Below, in pieces: positions 13,067 to 27,100 of a DNA stretch of 64,000 nt. Position 1 is the stretch's first letter. Every line of letters begins with the position of its first letter. Below the pieces are notes generated by a model that saw nothing but the letters and a program-made list of their open reading frames with translations, was not told the DNA's origin and did no database searches. The stretch lies in contig NC_134033.1 of NCBI RefSeq assembly GCF_964204645.1, forward strand, positions 14,268,655 to 14,332,654, read 5' to 3'. This DNA comes from Tubulanus polymorphus. Lineage: Eukaryota > Animalia > Nemertea. The position numbers were made by a program, and so were the translations under genes.

Positions 13067-13210
13067 CCGCGATCACACGAGCGTTTTTGGCCCGAAACAA
13101 CTATTCACACGGGTGCCCAATGGGCCCGTGTCTGTTTGGCCAAAAAGTCGGATCAAATTTGACTCGGGCAATTTTGGCCCGGGCCATATGGTCTCCGTGT
13201 GATCACGTCT
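13067..13210. mobile_element. Harbinger-like MITE (AGCCGCGATCACACG...CGTGTGATCRCG), family B
   Basis: Inverted termini; a longer relative lies at ~49886-50159 (AGCCGCGATCAC...GTGATCGCGGCT). Confidence 0.55.
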
Positions 13211-13483
13211 TTTGTTTCCGCTCATTCCTCCCTCGGGAGTCATATCATCAGATATTGAGAGCCACAGTTTGATTAATTACACCAAAAAAAAAACAGCAGC
13301 TGCAATTTGAAACATTTGAGTGTTGACTTCCGCGAGATCGTTTCAGCTCGTGACGACTAATTACTTCGAAAAGCACTTTAATTGTTTCTTGAATAAATGT
13401 CGGTGCGTCATTAACCGCAATGTCTGTCGTCTGTCTTCCAGAAGCAGCCGACACGACGCGCCTCTCGGTTGAAACCTCTCAGA

Positions 13484-15192
13484 ATGGACGGTCTTCTATT
13501 GGTTACCAGTTTGACCGTGTTAATCACCGCTTCTCTACTCGACGCGATGTCGCCGAAAGGACCAACAAATCAGGCCGGACCACCATCTCCTCCAAAGGGA
13601 CCTCCATCTCCTCCAGCTCCGCCGCCCGAAGTATTTTACGGTCAGATATCACTCGACGGTAAGTTGGTAGTTGAACGTAGAGTTTGTGTTAAGGGGTAAC
13701 GTATAAACTCAGGGGCGGATTTAGGGGGCTGTGTCGGAGGAACCCCTGCTTTCATACAATTCAAAAGATCGTTAAAACCTGCAAATTTTATGCTCGCCTC
13801 ATCCTCTCGGAAATTTCATGTTTTCGGATTTATTCCTCAAAAAGTATACCAGTAGCGAATGACATGACTAATTGAAATTTATTGAATCTAAAACGTTGCT
13901 GCGACTTTGTTTGGGTATATACACATTCATGAATACGTTTAAGCTTAGAAAGGTTGATTTTGAATTTTTGTCCTCATTGAAAACATCAAAGTAACCAAAT
14001 AGCAATTATGCCAATATTTTTGTTTTACCGTTTTCATGAAATTGGACCCTGATTACACCAATACCTGATAAATAGTCGTTAGGAAACCGCCAAAACTTTT
14101 CGGTTCAACTTATGTTTTCAAACATTTTACTCTTCAAATGTATATGATTTCGTACGTTTTGTTTGTTTCGCTGCGATTCTAAGCGTGTTTCAATGACTCG
14201 TATATTATTATAGATATTTCGAAAAAGTGCGTGTACTCAGAAATCTTTGAATCAAGTTGGTCATTGGTCGGCTTATAAACCTTGCTGGAAATGAATGAGT
14301 AATTTTCAGGAATCGTACAAACCAGTGCAGGACTAATGATTGATTTCACAATCTATATACTTAACGAAAAGAAATATGTCAATATCATAGCATATCATCG
14401 TTTACCATGAAAGAAAGCCATAGGCCTATATACAGACAGCCTCTTAGTTTTGATATTTAATGTCCTTTGTGAAGAAGGTGCTTAAAACACCGATTATCCT
14501 TGTCGACTTCAGAGACTGGTTGCAAGAAAATCTTCGGTGACGAAGTCGACGAGGACAGACGAAAGAATTACGGGAAATTTCTGCCCGAACTGCAACTCGA
14601 GGAAAACGGCACACAGTTTGGATGTGTCGAGTGTAAATGTTACCCTAAGAAAATGTTGGGAGCCTGTAAACCGTGAGTATAGTGGCTAGAAAGTGGACAC
14701 GAGCCTTCAATCCGCGGCCTCGACGCCACAACCCCTCAGATCGTCACCACTTCACATGTGTTCAGAACTTCACCAGAGAATAAACTACAAACACCAGACA
14801 TTAGACATTTTATCAGCACACTTTAAAGAACTGAATTATTATTAGATGTTAGACCCACAGTATGGTGGTGAATGTCTGAGGGGTCCAGATTCAAGGCAAC
14901 AGGTTGACGGCTGATGTAAGTGAAATCGGTTGTTTTCTCTTTCAGATGCAGCGAAGGGATGTGGTTTTTCGGAACGTGCGACCGCGTGCGCGACTACATA
15001 CAGCACTGCTACCGCGGCGAACAAGGCTCGGTTCGAACCGACCTGGCGACCTGTTGCTCGAGACCGCGAATTTGCGAAAACAGCGATCACTATAAACAAA
15101 AAGATTTCGACAAATTCCACGCCGAATTCGACGGTAAAAACGTCACCGAAATGTACGAGACATCACAATGCGATCAACAAAACAATAACTAG
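13484..15192 (+). CDS. Secreted Pro-rich and 12-Cys protein (193 aa), possibly VWC/SVWC-like
   Basis: Exons 13484-13658, 14513-14672 and 14946-15192; intron phases 1 and 2 are consistent (582 nt). Signal peptide MDGLLLVTSLTVLITASLLDA, Pro-rich PPSPPKGPPSPPAPPP, then GCKK...GCVECKCYPKKMLGACKPCSEG...TC...HC...ATCCSRPRIC...QC. AATAAA at 15347. Confidence 0.8.
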
Positions 15193-15565
15193 AAGAAAAG
15201 GAAATCACATCTTAAAATCGTTTTAATGTTTTGGTCAAAAATTTTGTGAAAAAAAAAACAGATCTCACAAATTCCATAAATGCAGTTTGTCTGCATACTA
15301 ACACTATTCTAACAAGTGACTTCATTCATATATAATGGAAAACCGCAATAAATTTCACATTTTCATCCTTTACACTACCTTAACTCTGGTTGCATATGTT
15401 CCGATTCCGCATAATCTACCGTATATTTCTAATTGCTTAATTTCCAAAATCGAAGGAGTTTTGAAGAAATTTAGGGCATTTTGCTCGACTTGAAGAAGCT
15501 TCAAGCATTTCAGTTTAGTAAGAGTTTTTTTTTAGGAATCAAGGAGTCTTAGGGACCTGTAATGG

Positions 15566-15622
15566 TTAATGCTGTATCAAATAATTCTGGTCATTGCTAG
15601 CAGTTACGTTATGCATCAGTTC

Positions 15623-15655
<33 letters not shown>

Positions 15656-18600
15656 TTGCATCTCATTATTATTGCACAATACCGCCGACGCCACCTGCTG
15701 CAACTCCCAGAACGCCGGATGATACATCGCGTTATCCGTAATCGACGTAGAGGGCGCCACGACGGCGTCCATCGTTTGAGGCGAAACTTCGCCGATATCG
15801 ATGCAGCCTCCGACGAGTCTCAACGCGTTCAACTGCGCGTTGCTCAAAACGATTTCCGTCGCGTTGTTCGCGTCGAACGCGATATCCGTCTGCTCGACCG
15901 CCACGGCGGCGCCACCGACGACTAGCGATTTCGCCGCTTCTTTGTCGACGTGTTGCCGTTTGAAATGCGCGCGCAGATGGCTGCGGTGGATGAATTTCGA
16001 CGGGCACACCGGACACGCCCACGGCTTGTCGCCGGTGTGGTATCGCCGGTGGTCCTTCAACGCGCTGTTGTTCGTGAACGCGCGTTCGCATTGGTCGCAC
16101 TTGTACGGTTTGATGCCGCGGTGCAGACGCATGTGCAGCCGCAACGACTCGCGTCGCGCGTACGTCTTGTCGCACAGCGCACACGTGTGCGGCCGGTCGC
16201 CCGTGTGCAAGAAAACGTGCTGTTTCAGTAAGTAATTTTTGCCGAAGCCTTTACCGCAAAACGAACACAAAAACGGACGCTCGCCGGTGTGCGACAGTTT
16301 ATGCGAGGTTAAATCGCCTTTTTGCCGGAAGGCGGCGCCGCAGTCGTCGCAGACGTACGGTTTAACGCCGGTGTGCATGAGTTTATGCGTGCGCAGGTTG
16401 CTGGCTTGCGTGAACCGGCGGTCGCACACGTCGCACGCGTACGGCTTGTCGCCGGTGTGAATGCGTTCGTGCGTTGTCAGCGTGCCTTTCGTTTTGAACG
16501 ACTTGTCGCACTGCGCGCACTTGTGTACGCGCGCCGACGAGTGCACCGTCGTTCGGTGACTGCGCAGCGCGTTCGACGTCGCGAACGTTTTGTCGCACGC
16601 GTCGCAGTCGAACGATCGGCTCGGACGATCGTCGACGGCCGCCCGGCGCTCGTCTCCATTCGCTGAAACGATAACATTCGAAATTCAATAATAATAATAA
16701 TAATAATAATAATAATTTACGATAATCATACTTTGTTCAAATATAAACAAGATGATGATATATAATATTCTATAATCACCGGACTGAATGAACTCCAAAG
16801 CGGAGTAAATATTCAAGGCGGTCACATTTTTCCAAGACTATTCCCCGACTTGATCTCTACTAAGAATCCAATCAATAAACGACCAGATCAAAATACGAAA
16901 GACATAAACGGGAACTGTTCGATCCATCGAGCAATCTCAACAAATTACGCTGATTTTTAGCTTTTTTACAAGATTCCCTGATTATTTCGAAGTAAAGGAA
17001 ATTTCCGGATCTAGCAATCCCAACATATTTCCCTGACTTTCCCTGATTTCAAGGTAAGTGCGCCACCCTCCGGATGTCGTAGTCAGGTCTGTCTCTATAT
17101 AGCAGTGCAAAAATATTCTTCAATCCCTTTTTACCTGAAATTCGTTCTTTATCTACAGTTGAGATGTTATCCTCGCATCGAATCGACTGCGGTTCATTCG
17201 TGTTTTTCGAAAAGGTCGTTTCTGTATCTGGAAATAAAACAACATGTTTTCTCACAGTTCGTCTTTAAGAAGAACTACATTCCTCCTCACATAGTTACGA
17301 TATACCGATCATAGATAACACGCTCACTTACGGTTTGTTGTTGCGTTCGTTGTTTTTCGTGGACGTCCTCGCTTTTTCGACCCGTTACGTGCGACCGCAT
17401 CGAGATCTTCACCAGAAACTGAATCGAAATAGAGAAACATTGAAATAATATCGAAATATGGGGAAGCGTCGACGTTCAGTTTTAGAAATTGTGCTGATAA
17501 AATGTCTAATATCTCATGATTGTAGTTCATTTTCAATTAAAAGTGTCTTGACTGAAGTCCTAAACACATGTGAAGTGTGGATGATCAGTTTTTGAACTTG
17601 CGCTGATAAAATGTCTAATGCCTGGTGTTTGTAGTTCATTTCCATAAAAAATGTCTCAGGTGAGTTCTGAACACGTGTGAAGTGTGGATGATCAGTTTTT
17701 GAAAGTGAGCTGATAAAATGTCTAATATCTCATGATTGTAGTTACTTTTCAATTAAAATTGTCCCGGCTGAAGTCCTAAACACATGTGAAGTGTGGACTA
17801 TCAGTTTTTGAAAGTGTGCTGATAAAATGTCTAATGTCTCATGATTGTAGTTCATTTTCAATCAAAAATGTCTAGGGTGAAGTTCTGAATTTAAACTCTT
17901 CCAATTTCCAATTTTTTGTGTTCAGTTTGTTTGATGGAGCGCAGGGTCGAGGCAGCAGATGAAAAAAATTAAATGCCGACATAAAAATATGGCTGAAACC
18001 GTGAAACTATACCTGATGTGTTTGAGATTGGGTCCCGCGCCGCCGCTATCTGGGTCTCCACCGGCCCCGTCCGGGTCCGCGCCGCCGCTGCTCGTCGCGT
18101 GCACGGTTTCCTCGACGATCTCTCCGTTGAATCTCCGAGCCGAGCCGCCATCTGCGGAGTCCAGTCCTCGCTTCGATCGGCGTCGTCTGCGCTTTTGAAA
18201 CGATTCGGTTTTATTTTTCGTTTGTGTTTTTGTCGCCGTTCCTCGGTCCCCCGATCCGTCCGTTCTTCCCCGACGCGACGAGTATCCGTGACAAAATTCT
18301 CATCGCTGTTGAATTTATTCGGTGAATCATCTCCTCGAGGAACGGATGAAAATGATGAATTATCGCTCGGCTCCAGATGGACTTCGTTGTTACCAGTTAC
18401 TGGTGCTGTAAAAATACAGAAAACAGATAATGATGAGGCTTAAATAGATTGAGACCTCATTTTTCCTTTCCCCCCCCCCCCCGAGTGTAAGGCTCAGCCA
18501 GCCACCTACCCTGTACATAACTTTAAAAAAAATCATGATCAAGCTAACAGTAAACAGACCCGGCTGCTATAGAAATTTTATCCCCGTTTACTAAAGTGAC

Positions 18601-19292
18601 CAGGCCGATTAGTAGGAGAAACAAGGTATCATCTTTTTTAGCCTTTGCAACAGTTTTTTAACAACCTCTCAATATCGCAATCGGAGGAAGTTGCTCAAAA
18701 ACATATCAGGACACTGAATCTGAAACGCCCAGCTTACGATTACTCCAAGTACCTGACTTCAGTCGCGCGCTCGTCCACCTGTCCCATGATTCCGCGTCAG
18801 CCGAATCGACCGCCCGATCTAGAATCTCGGGATTATTTTTCAAACAGTCAAAAATCGTCTTGCTCGAAACCTCTATAAAAAAACGAAGCAGATAATGAAT
18901 GCCAATCGGATGTCGATAGCCCGGTCTAGCCGGAGCTACCCACTAGAAATGTAGTACGTTTAGGAATGCTGTAAAAATTAGCCGTGGATCCACTCATTGG
19001 AAAAAGGGATGTTTCCAAATGCGGTGAAGTTTGGAGAAGTTCCCCTGGAGCCACCCATTCAAGAACGCGCAATGATTTGAATATTTCTATGGCGACTCCT
19101 AATAAATACGATTAATGAAAACCAGGAGCCATCCACTAGCATGTGGGATGTCTCCTACATGCTGCTGGGAGAATTGGAGCTGTCCACTAGTGAAAAGGAT
19201 GGCTCCGAATGTTATGGTTTTACCTAATTCTAGATGTATAACGTCACCCGTTTGATCGGTTAGATGTTGAGTTAACGTCACTCTCGGCAATC
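15566..19292 (-). CDS. C2H2 zinc-finger protein (8 Kruppel-type fingers) with AT-hook and C-terminal poly-Gln; 5' end unresolved
   Basis: The last exon, 16662-15566, has 8 CxxC..HxxxH fingers with TGDKPY-type linkers. Phase-1 upstream exons are 17418-17332 (KKRGRPRK AT-hook), 18405-18013, 18872-18753 and probably 19292-19224. The start exon was not identified. Confidence 0.85.
17490..17890 (-). repeat. ~108-bp dispersed minisatellite family, ~3.5 tandem copies
   Basis: GCTGATAAAATGTCTAAT recurs at ~17493, 17602, 17708 and 17818. The same family occurs in the opposite orientation at ~14750-14835, ~25700-26100 and ~34960-35220. Confidence 0.85.
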
Positions 19293-21180
19293 CTGAAATA
19301 TACAACGAATACACCAATCATCAGTCGGATGACAGATCCTTATCGAAAAAATATTCGAACTCAACGACTTTTTTCACCAAAGATTTTCAGCTTCGTATAA
19401 GATCATGGGGAAACCAAAGGTCAGATAGATTCGATTTTCTTAATCATACTCTGCTTAAGTCTATCTATTTTTGATTGTCCACGATCATAAGTTACAGGAT
19501 AAATATGATCTGGTTTGACTGGATTAATTTTCCCTCGTCTTCGATATGACATATTAAAAACGAGATATTACCTAGCGAGAGGACTACCATGATTAACTAC
19601 ACATACACCGTCGGGAGGATCTTTTTTGTATTAAACCACCTATATAACCTACATCCATCAACCTAAAAAAAAAATAGAGGCCTTTTTTTATTTGGGAAAG
19701 GGTTGATTCAGTTTTTGATTTGGGAAATTATTAAAATCAGCGAATAAATTTGTTAGTTGTAACTTAGTAGAGTAAAGGTAAAACAAGAATGATTATTCTT
19801 ACTTTTGTCACATGCTTGACACGAGTTTCTAAAGTCTTCAAAATCGGCGAAAATGTATTCTAAAATACTTTATTGAGTGGACTTTTTTGAATTGACGATG
19901 GAGACCGGTAACCAGTCTACTACACTCTCGGCAAGCGAGGGTAGGCCGAGGCTTATCGGGTTCGAATCCGTATAATTGGAATCGGGCTTTAATCGTTTGT
20001 TCGCAGAATTTGAGCTTTTTTCTTCGATTCTTCAACTGTATCAAGCTGATAACCTCGATGTCATCAATCGCTATTAGTTGATTAATGTAACAGCTGATAA
20101 AACATTTAGCAATCTGGCTGCGGCAAGCGAGGGTGGAATTGGTACTGAAACTCGACGAGTGAGGAGAGAGCGGGTAAAAAGATGTGCCTATTTCTGAACG
20201 GCAAACCGAAATAAAGGTAGGCTACAGAAACCCAAACCCTGTGGCAATCTTTTGGTCGTTTTTGAATTTCGTCCGATTAAATAAGTTTTCTCGATAAAAC
20301 CACTTATTTCCCGTCAAACAGTCAAAAAGGCGCCACCCGTCCAGATCAATTACCTATTGAGAAATAGTGATGCAATTTTGGAGCCCACACCGGTCATTTG
20401 CACTATGAAATTAGTCAGTGCCGTATAACGTGAAAATTCATTAGCCAATATAGAAACTGATTGTGGTGACTGGGGCCCTCTGTTGTGAGGTGAGGTGCGA
20501 GCCAAGGCTGGGGCCTTCAAAAATCCTACCACGCCAGATCAGATGCCGATGGCACAGCAGCCGCGAGCTTCACCCACCCAGTGAGTCCTGTACTGTCTCC
20601 ACGACCACAGTGATCTACGTCGTTCTACAATCCTAGTGGTAGGCTACAACAGACACTAAGGTTCTTTGGACCGTGAGCAGGCCCCTAAAAAACCCAGTAA
20701 TCTATCTGTGGTTTAGTTTCGCAATACTTAGGCTAACGCCTAAGGATAGGACATTTTCATAAACCACGAACCCATCCGATTATTAAAGCTTGACCACCAA
20801 CGATTAGGTAACTAAACTATATCAGAATTATGCAGTAAGACTTCCGTTTTTTGACAGAATTCGGTTTTTTTCATTTTCCTGGTCAAAAAGATAAAAAGAA
20901 AAAAAATACTGAGATAGCATCTGAAAACACTTCAATTTAAAAAAAATCTAGCTCCCCCAGTGTGGCATTTGGATATCGACGATTTTCCTTTTTTTTTCCT
21001 TTGGCCACTAACATCTCTGAACTATAGAAAGCTCTTTGTATCAGGCCTTCATTTGATGCTTGTAAATTGTGCTACCCTCCTCAACCGCAATCTGCCTTTG
21101 TGGCCTTTCTGCATCAGTATTTATTATTGTGTTGAATTCTGTTTGTTTTCAGCAGCAATGTAAAAAACTTTCCTTTTTTG

Positions 21181-24100
21181 ATGGATGAAAAACCCAGAAA
21201 GGACTGTGTGACTAATGATGACCAGCAGAAGAAAAACAGAATGGACTTAAACAGCAATCTACCTACTCCACAGATTTACAGTGATCTACCTACTCCACAG
21301 ATTAACAGTGATTTACCTACTCCAATGATATCCAGTGATCTACCTACTCCACAGATTAACAGTGATTTACCTACTCCAATGATATCCAGTGATCTACCTA
21401 CTCCAAAGATATCCAGTGATTTACCTACTCCAAAGATATCCAGTGATCTACCTACTCCACAGATATCCAGTGATCTACCTGCAAAGATATCCTGTGATTT
21501 ACCTACTCCACAGATATGCAGTGATCTACCTACAAAGATATCCTGTGATCTACCTACAAAGAGCGATCTATCTACGCCAAAGATATCCTGTGATCTACCT
21601 ACAAAAATAACCAGTGATCTACCTAAATCACTGGCTATGAATGAAAACATTTCCGATGACAAAAAAACTGTCGTCAAAAGTGAAGTCATCGATGTCGAAG
21701 ATAAAAAACCAAACTTGAACTACATTGCATCATCAAAAATGAACTTCGACGGTGCCTCGATGCCTGATCAGAAGAATTTTCAACTTTCTTCACCCGGAAA
21801 TGCGAAAAGAGCTAAACAGGACTCGCGTCTGCCGAAATTAGTTCAACCTCAAAGTATTCTACCGACCTCGTCAAAGGTCACCGTTAAAAAGGATTCTACC
21901 GCTGTTCAGGGTGATGCCAGAAATTCAAACGATATGAAGCGTGTTGTGCCAGCACCCGCCGGAAGGGCCGCGTCGACGCCTCGCCCCCGGGTGGACACTT
22001 CGATTGCGGACGACGACGAACGCAAAATGTCGCGCGAAGGAGTCGAGGAGACCGTCAGCGAGGAAGTGTTCTCGAATTATCGACACAACGAGGTCGTAGC
22101 CGGCTGTCGGCCTCATCCGGGCGACATAGTCGAGGCCGGTTCGTTAGCCGCGATCTCTCTCCCGCCGGCGGTTTACGACCTAACCGCGTCCATCCCGGAA
22201 CGCGTCATCAAAGACTGTCTGCTGAGTTCGCTGCAACTTGAGGGCGTTCTTCACGCATGTCAACGTCATCGGGTAATACTACCGAATGGAAATCGCGCCG
22301 GATTTTTCATCGGCGACGGCGCCGGTGTGGGTAAAGGTCGGCAGATCGCCGGCGTTATTTTGGATAATTTCGCGCGCGGACGAACGAAGCACGTCTGGTT
22401 CAGTATTTCGGCCGATTTGATCGTCGACGCTAAACGAGATTTGAACGATATCGGGTGCTACGTGAAAGTGATCGAGGGTTGTAAACAACTCGATAAAGAG
22501 ACCAGGTACGAATTTAGAATTACGAAAATCTAAGGTACTCATAAAAAACCTCGTAAAAGGCCTTAGTTTAAGTCATTGAGGCTTGTTAAAACCCAGGGGC
22601 CGGTTCCATAGTCAGGACTTAAGACCAGTCTTACCAAATCTAACGACTTAAGACCAGTCTCAAGATTAAAGACCGCTTTTGGTCTTAAGTCTATGGAACC
22701 GGCCCTATGTGCTGATATTACGAACTGGTTTTAACTCTTGGTTTAAGTCTTCAACTATAAGTCGATTGAGTTAGCCACTGGGTTTATATTAAGTTAAAAC
22801 CAGTCTAATATCGGGCCTAGGTTGAAATTTAAAACAATGGGGAACTTGGGAAAAGGAGGATTCCGCTTGTGGTAGGATCCACCGTGGTACACGGGTTTCT
22901 TCCTGAAACGAGTACCACTAGTGGTAAGTGAGGATCCCCCAGGTGTCTCTAGTGTGCAGTAGGACATCAACTACTGTGACAGTAGTCTAAAGGATTCCAC
23001 TTATGGCAAGTGAGGATCCACCAGGTGTTGTTGGTGTAAAGTAGGATATCGATTACTGTGGCAATTATAGAGGAATCCACTAGTGGGAGTGAAATCCACC
23101 AGGTGTCGCTAGTAGTAACGTATCGTTAATTTATTGTAGAATATTTGGTCTACCGTCCGGTTTTAAAGATGGCGTTATATTCAGCACGTACGCGACGCTC
23201 GTGTCGTCCGTACAGCGCGGCACGGGCGGCATCTCCGCGTCGAGACAAACTAGACTCGATCAGCTGATCAACTGGTGCGGCGGTAAAGACTTCGAGGGCT
23301 GTCTCATTTTCGACGAATGTCACAAAGCCAAGAATTTCATTCCGGTAAAAATCGCGAGTTTAAATATGTTTTTAAACTAAATTAGCTCAACCGCTCAACC
23401 TTTTCAGTGCTGACCTATTGGTATCTGAACGTACTGGAGATAATTTAAAAATTTAAAAAGATTCCACTCCAGTGTTTTGAAGAACAGAAATAGCGCTTAG
23501 TGCAACTACACCGTGGTGCGATATATGGATTTTTTTCCTTAACCCTTTCAGTGCTGACTTAATAATACCCTATAGGGCTGAAGATAATTTGAAAATTCTG
23601 AAAAATTCCACCCTAGTGTGTTGAATAACGGGATAACCACTATAGTGCATCTACACCGCGGTGCGGCGTATCGTTAGTTACTAGTATTTCAATATGTTTG
23701 ACAGGTGCTGCCATCTTTCAAGAGATAACTATATTTATACGCTGCACTGCGGTGTAGATTCACTGAAAGAGTTAAGCCCCTACAATATAGGCGTTTACAT
23801 TGTTACCTTTTGTTTTCAGGGTAAAGAGCAAAACAGTACGAAAATCGCTTTGGCAGTTACAGAAATTCAGAGGTATTGTTGTTGGTATTATTGAAACTAT
23901 ACACGAAATCAACGTGATAATAAAGAGTGAAAATTTGATTTGTATTTGTAGGATTTTGCCGAAGGCGCGGGTTTTATACTGCAGCGCCACCGGTGTCAGC
24001 GACGTTAAGAATATGGTAAGATATTGAAATAGATGCGGTCCTTCGAATAACAGCTTCAACTATTAGCTTTAAGAATGAACTTTCATTTCATTTAACTCGT

Positions 24101-27100
24101 TGCTGTGGTACTGGATCCTTTCACTGCATACAACTTAGAGAGTTTTTCGGAAATTTATTCTATCGATTCTAGGCGTTTATGGAGCGTTTAGGATTATGGG
24201 GCGACGGCGCGCCATTTCCGTCGTTCGAACAATTTCTCGACTCCGTCCAGAAACGAGGTTTAGGTCAGTATCCCGATGAGACGAGTAGCGCGATGAATTC
24301 GGCGTAAACGACTCGCGCGTGTATGTAACTGTTCGGTGTGTTTATTTTCTGCGCAGGTGTGGCTGAAATGCTAGCTATGGAAATGAAGGCGTCTGGTTTA
24401 TACGTATCGCGAGGTTTGAGTTTCAGACAAGCCGAGGTAAGTGTATTTTCGAATTCATTCTGAGATCGCGGCTGCGTTTGCCGTGATCTTCAATTATCTT
24501 ACAGCGACAGGCTATATCAGAGATTCCTGTAGTCTGGAAAGCCTTTTGACGAAATAAGTCATCGTTTGCTTGGAATGGATGTCATTTTCTATTTATTCAA
24601 TGGATGTCATTTTCAATCTCGGGGTTCGTTATGACCTTAAAACAGGGAATTCTTTTGAATTAAAGAAACCTTTTTCATTCTTGACGATGACGAGTGGGTA
24701 TTGAAAATTGAAGGAGTGGGCTAGTTTGTAGGAGTGGGCTAGTTCGAAAGCATGCAAGTTGTATGTCGGCTTGTTGAATGAGTAGACATTGCTGATTGAA
24801 GGGATATGGGACGGGTCTGCGGCTGAATATCACTGTCCAAGATGTGACATTGTGTATTTTGGCACTGTTATTCAGCCATGGATCATCTCCAAACTTCCTC
24901 CAGTTACATGCGTGAAATGTAAAATATATTCCTAAAAATGGCAACTAATGACACAGACATAAGATTCAGCTGTAATGGTTTCCTTCAACGAAATCGCATT
25001 AAAATCCCGACCTGACTATGACTTGAGTTTAGTTTCTATCCGTAAGAGCTCAGCTACTCCCAAAAATATTCATTTGGAGCTTTCCCTTTCTCGAGTGGCT
25101 GGCTCTGGTGGATTTGGATTTGTTGTCGGCTAAAAATGTTCATCATGGAGACACTGGTTCAGATTCGAATTTCCATTGGAACCATCCCTTTCACTAATGG
25201 GTGGCTCCAGGTGGACTTTTTACTTAGCTCCTGGTTCAGATTCATTGTGTTTTATTTTGCAGTTTCTCAGTTTAGAGTGTAACTTAAGTTCGGAACAGAT
25301 CATAGTTTATGATAACGCGACTCATGTCTGGTAAGATTTGAAAAAAAACTGCCCAGTTCATAACAATGTGTATTGCGAAGATCCGTTTCCTGAAAAGACG
25401 GCTCCATATTTCATTGCAGGAATGAAGTTCGCAAAGCGTTGGAAGTGGCTATAACGCGTACGCGGACTACGAATCAGCGTATTTGGGCGAGTTTTTGGGG
25501 ATGTCACCAACGTTTCTTCAAACAGTTGTGCATGTGTATGAAAGTACCGTCCATAGTGAAAGAGGCCGAGGAAAGCCTGGCGTCCGGACATTGTATCGTT
25601 ATAGGACTTCAAACAACCGGAGAGGTAGGATTGTACCTTGCACCCCCTCACACATTTTATACCTTGTCGCTGTTCTTACAATTTTTGATCATCCACATTT
25701 CCACCACTTTCAGAACTTAACCCGAGATATTCTTAATTGAAAATCAATTAAAAACACCAGAAATTAAACATTTAGCACACTTTTACTAACCGATCATCCA
25801 CGCTAGTTTACGTGTGTTCATAGCTTCACCTGAGACATTTTAACTGAAAATCAACTACAAATACCAGACATTCTATCAGCTAATTTTCTAAAACTGATCG
25901 TCCACACTTCAAATATGTTCAGTGCTTTACCAGAGACATTTTTCATTGAAAATGAACTAAAAATATCAGACATTAGACATTTTATCATCACACATTCAAA
26001 AACTGATCATCCACGCTTCACGTGTGTTCAGATTTTCACCAGAGACATTTTTAATTGAAAATCAACTACAAACACCAGATATTAGACATTTTATCTGCAT
26101 TTTGCAATTCATTGAAATCGATTGTGTTGTTTGTAGGCGAGTTTGGAGAGTGAAATGTCTCGTACGGGTCACAGCGTCACCGGATTCTCGTCGCTGTGTC
26201 GCGAGATTCTCTTCCGATTCATCGACGAACACTTCCCGACGATGATCGAACGCAGTCAACTAGACGACCCCAGAGACACCTGGTGTCTGCAGGCGAAAAA
26301 CATGCTGCTCGAGTTCACGACGAAAATCAACCTTCCCGACAGGTGAATATCGCCGTAACCAGTAAAACTTTGTTCCCTGTTCCACCAGTCAGGGTACAAC
26401 CTCGATTCCTTAAAAACTCCATCTAAATGGGAAATGCTTTTAAAGGCGCTGGAAACTTTTTCAATTGATGCAAAATGCCTGAAACTGCTTTTTAACTCCT
26501 TCAATTTTGTGAAATAGGCAACAAGAGTTTGTAGTTGTATAGCAACTACGCCTAAATCGGTGTAGTTTGGAGTTGGTTACTAAATTAGGCACCGAGTTAA
26601 GGCAGTGTACTTATTATACCCCGGGGGTTGGTTTTATAGACCGGTTATAGCTTTAACTAAATTCATTTTCAATTGAGTTAACCCCTGGGTTAAAGTAATA
26701 CCAGTCTATAAAACGGGCCCTGAATTCTAACGGTTTACTGAGATAAACTGTACCCATTTATTTACGAGGAGTCTTCAGTAACTGGGATATAAAAGGGATG
26801 CAGACGCTTCCTAGAAATTTAAGATTTTCACCTTGAAAACTCCTTACATCCAGAAATGACCGATCTGTTAACGCCACCATTTCATTTCTTCATTCGAATT
26901 GATCGGTTTCAGTCCGCTGGACGAGATCGTCGACCGACTCGGCGGTCCGGATAAAGTCGCCGAGATGACCGGACGCCGCGGTCGAATCTGTCGCCGGTCG
27001 GAGAACGACCGACCGCACTACGAGTTGAGGGAACACGACGGCGGTGTCGATAGTCTCAATGTCAAAGAACGTAATCTGTTCATGGAAGGAAAGAAACTCG

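Noticed and set aside
14214-14294. Additional exon of the 12-Cys gene
   Set aside because: It introduces a stop in the required phase.
15569-16688. Overlapping antisense and alternative-frame ORFs over the zinc-finger exon
   Set aside because: They are shadow ORFs of GC-rich coding sequence.
19838-20135. ZAD-like N-terminal exon (LACRECSRL) for the zinc-finger gene
   Set aside because: No in-frame ATG or compatible donor was found, and the motif overlaps a recurring GGCAAGCGAGG repeat word.
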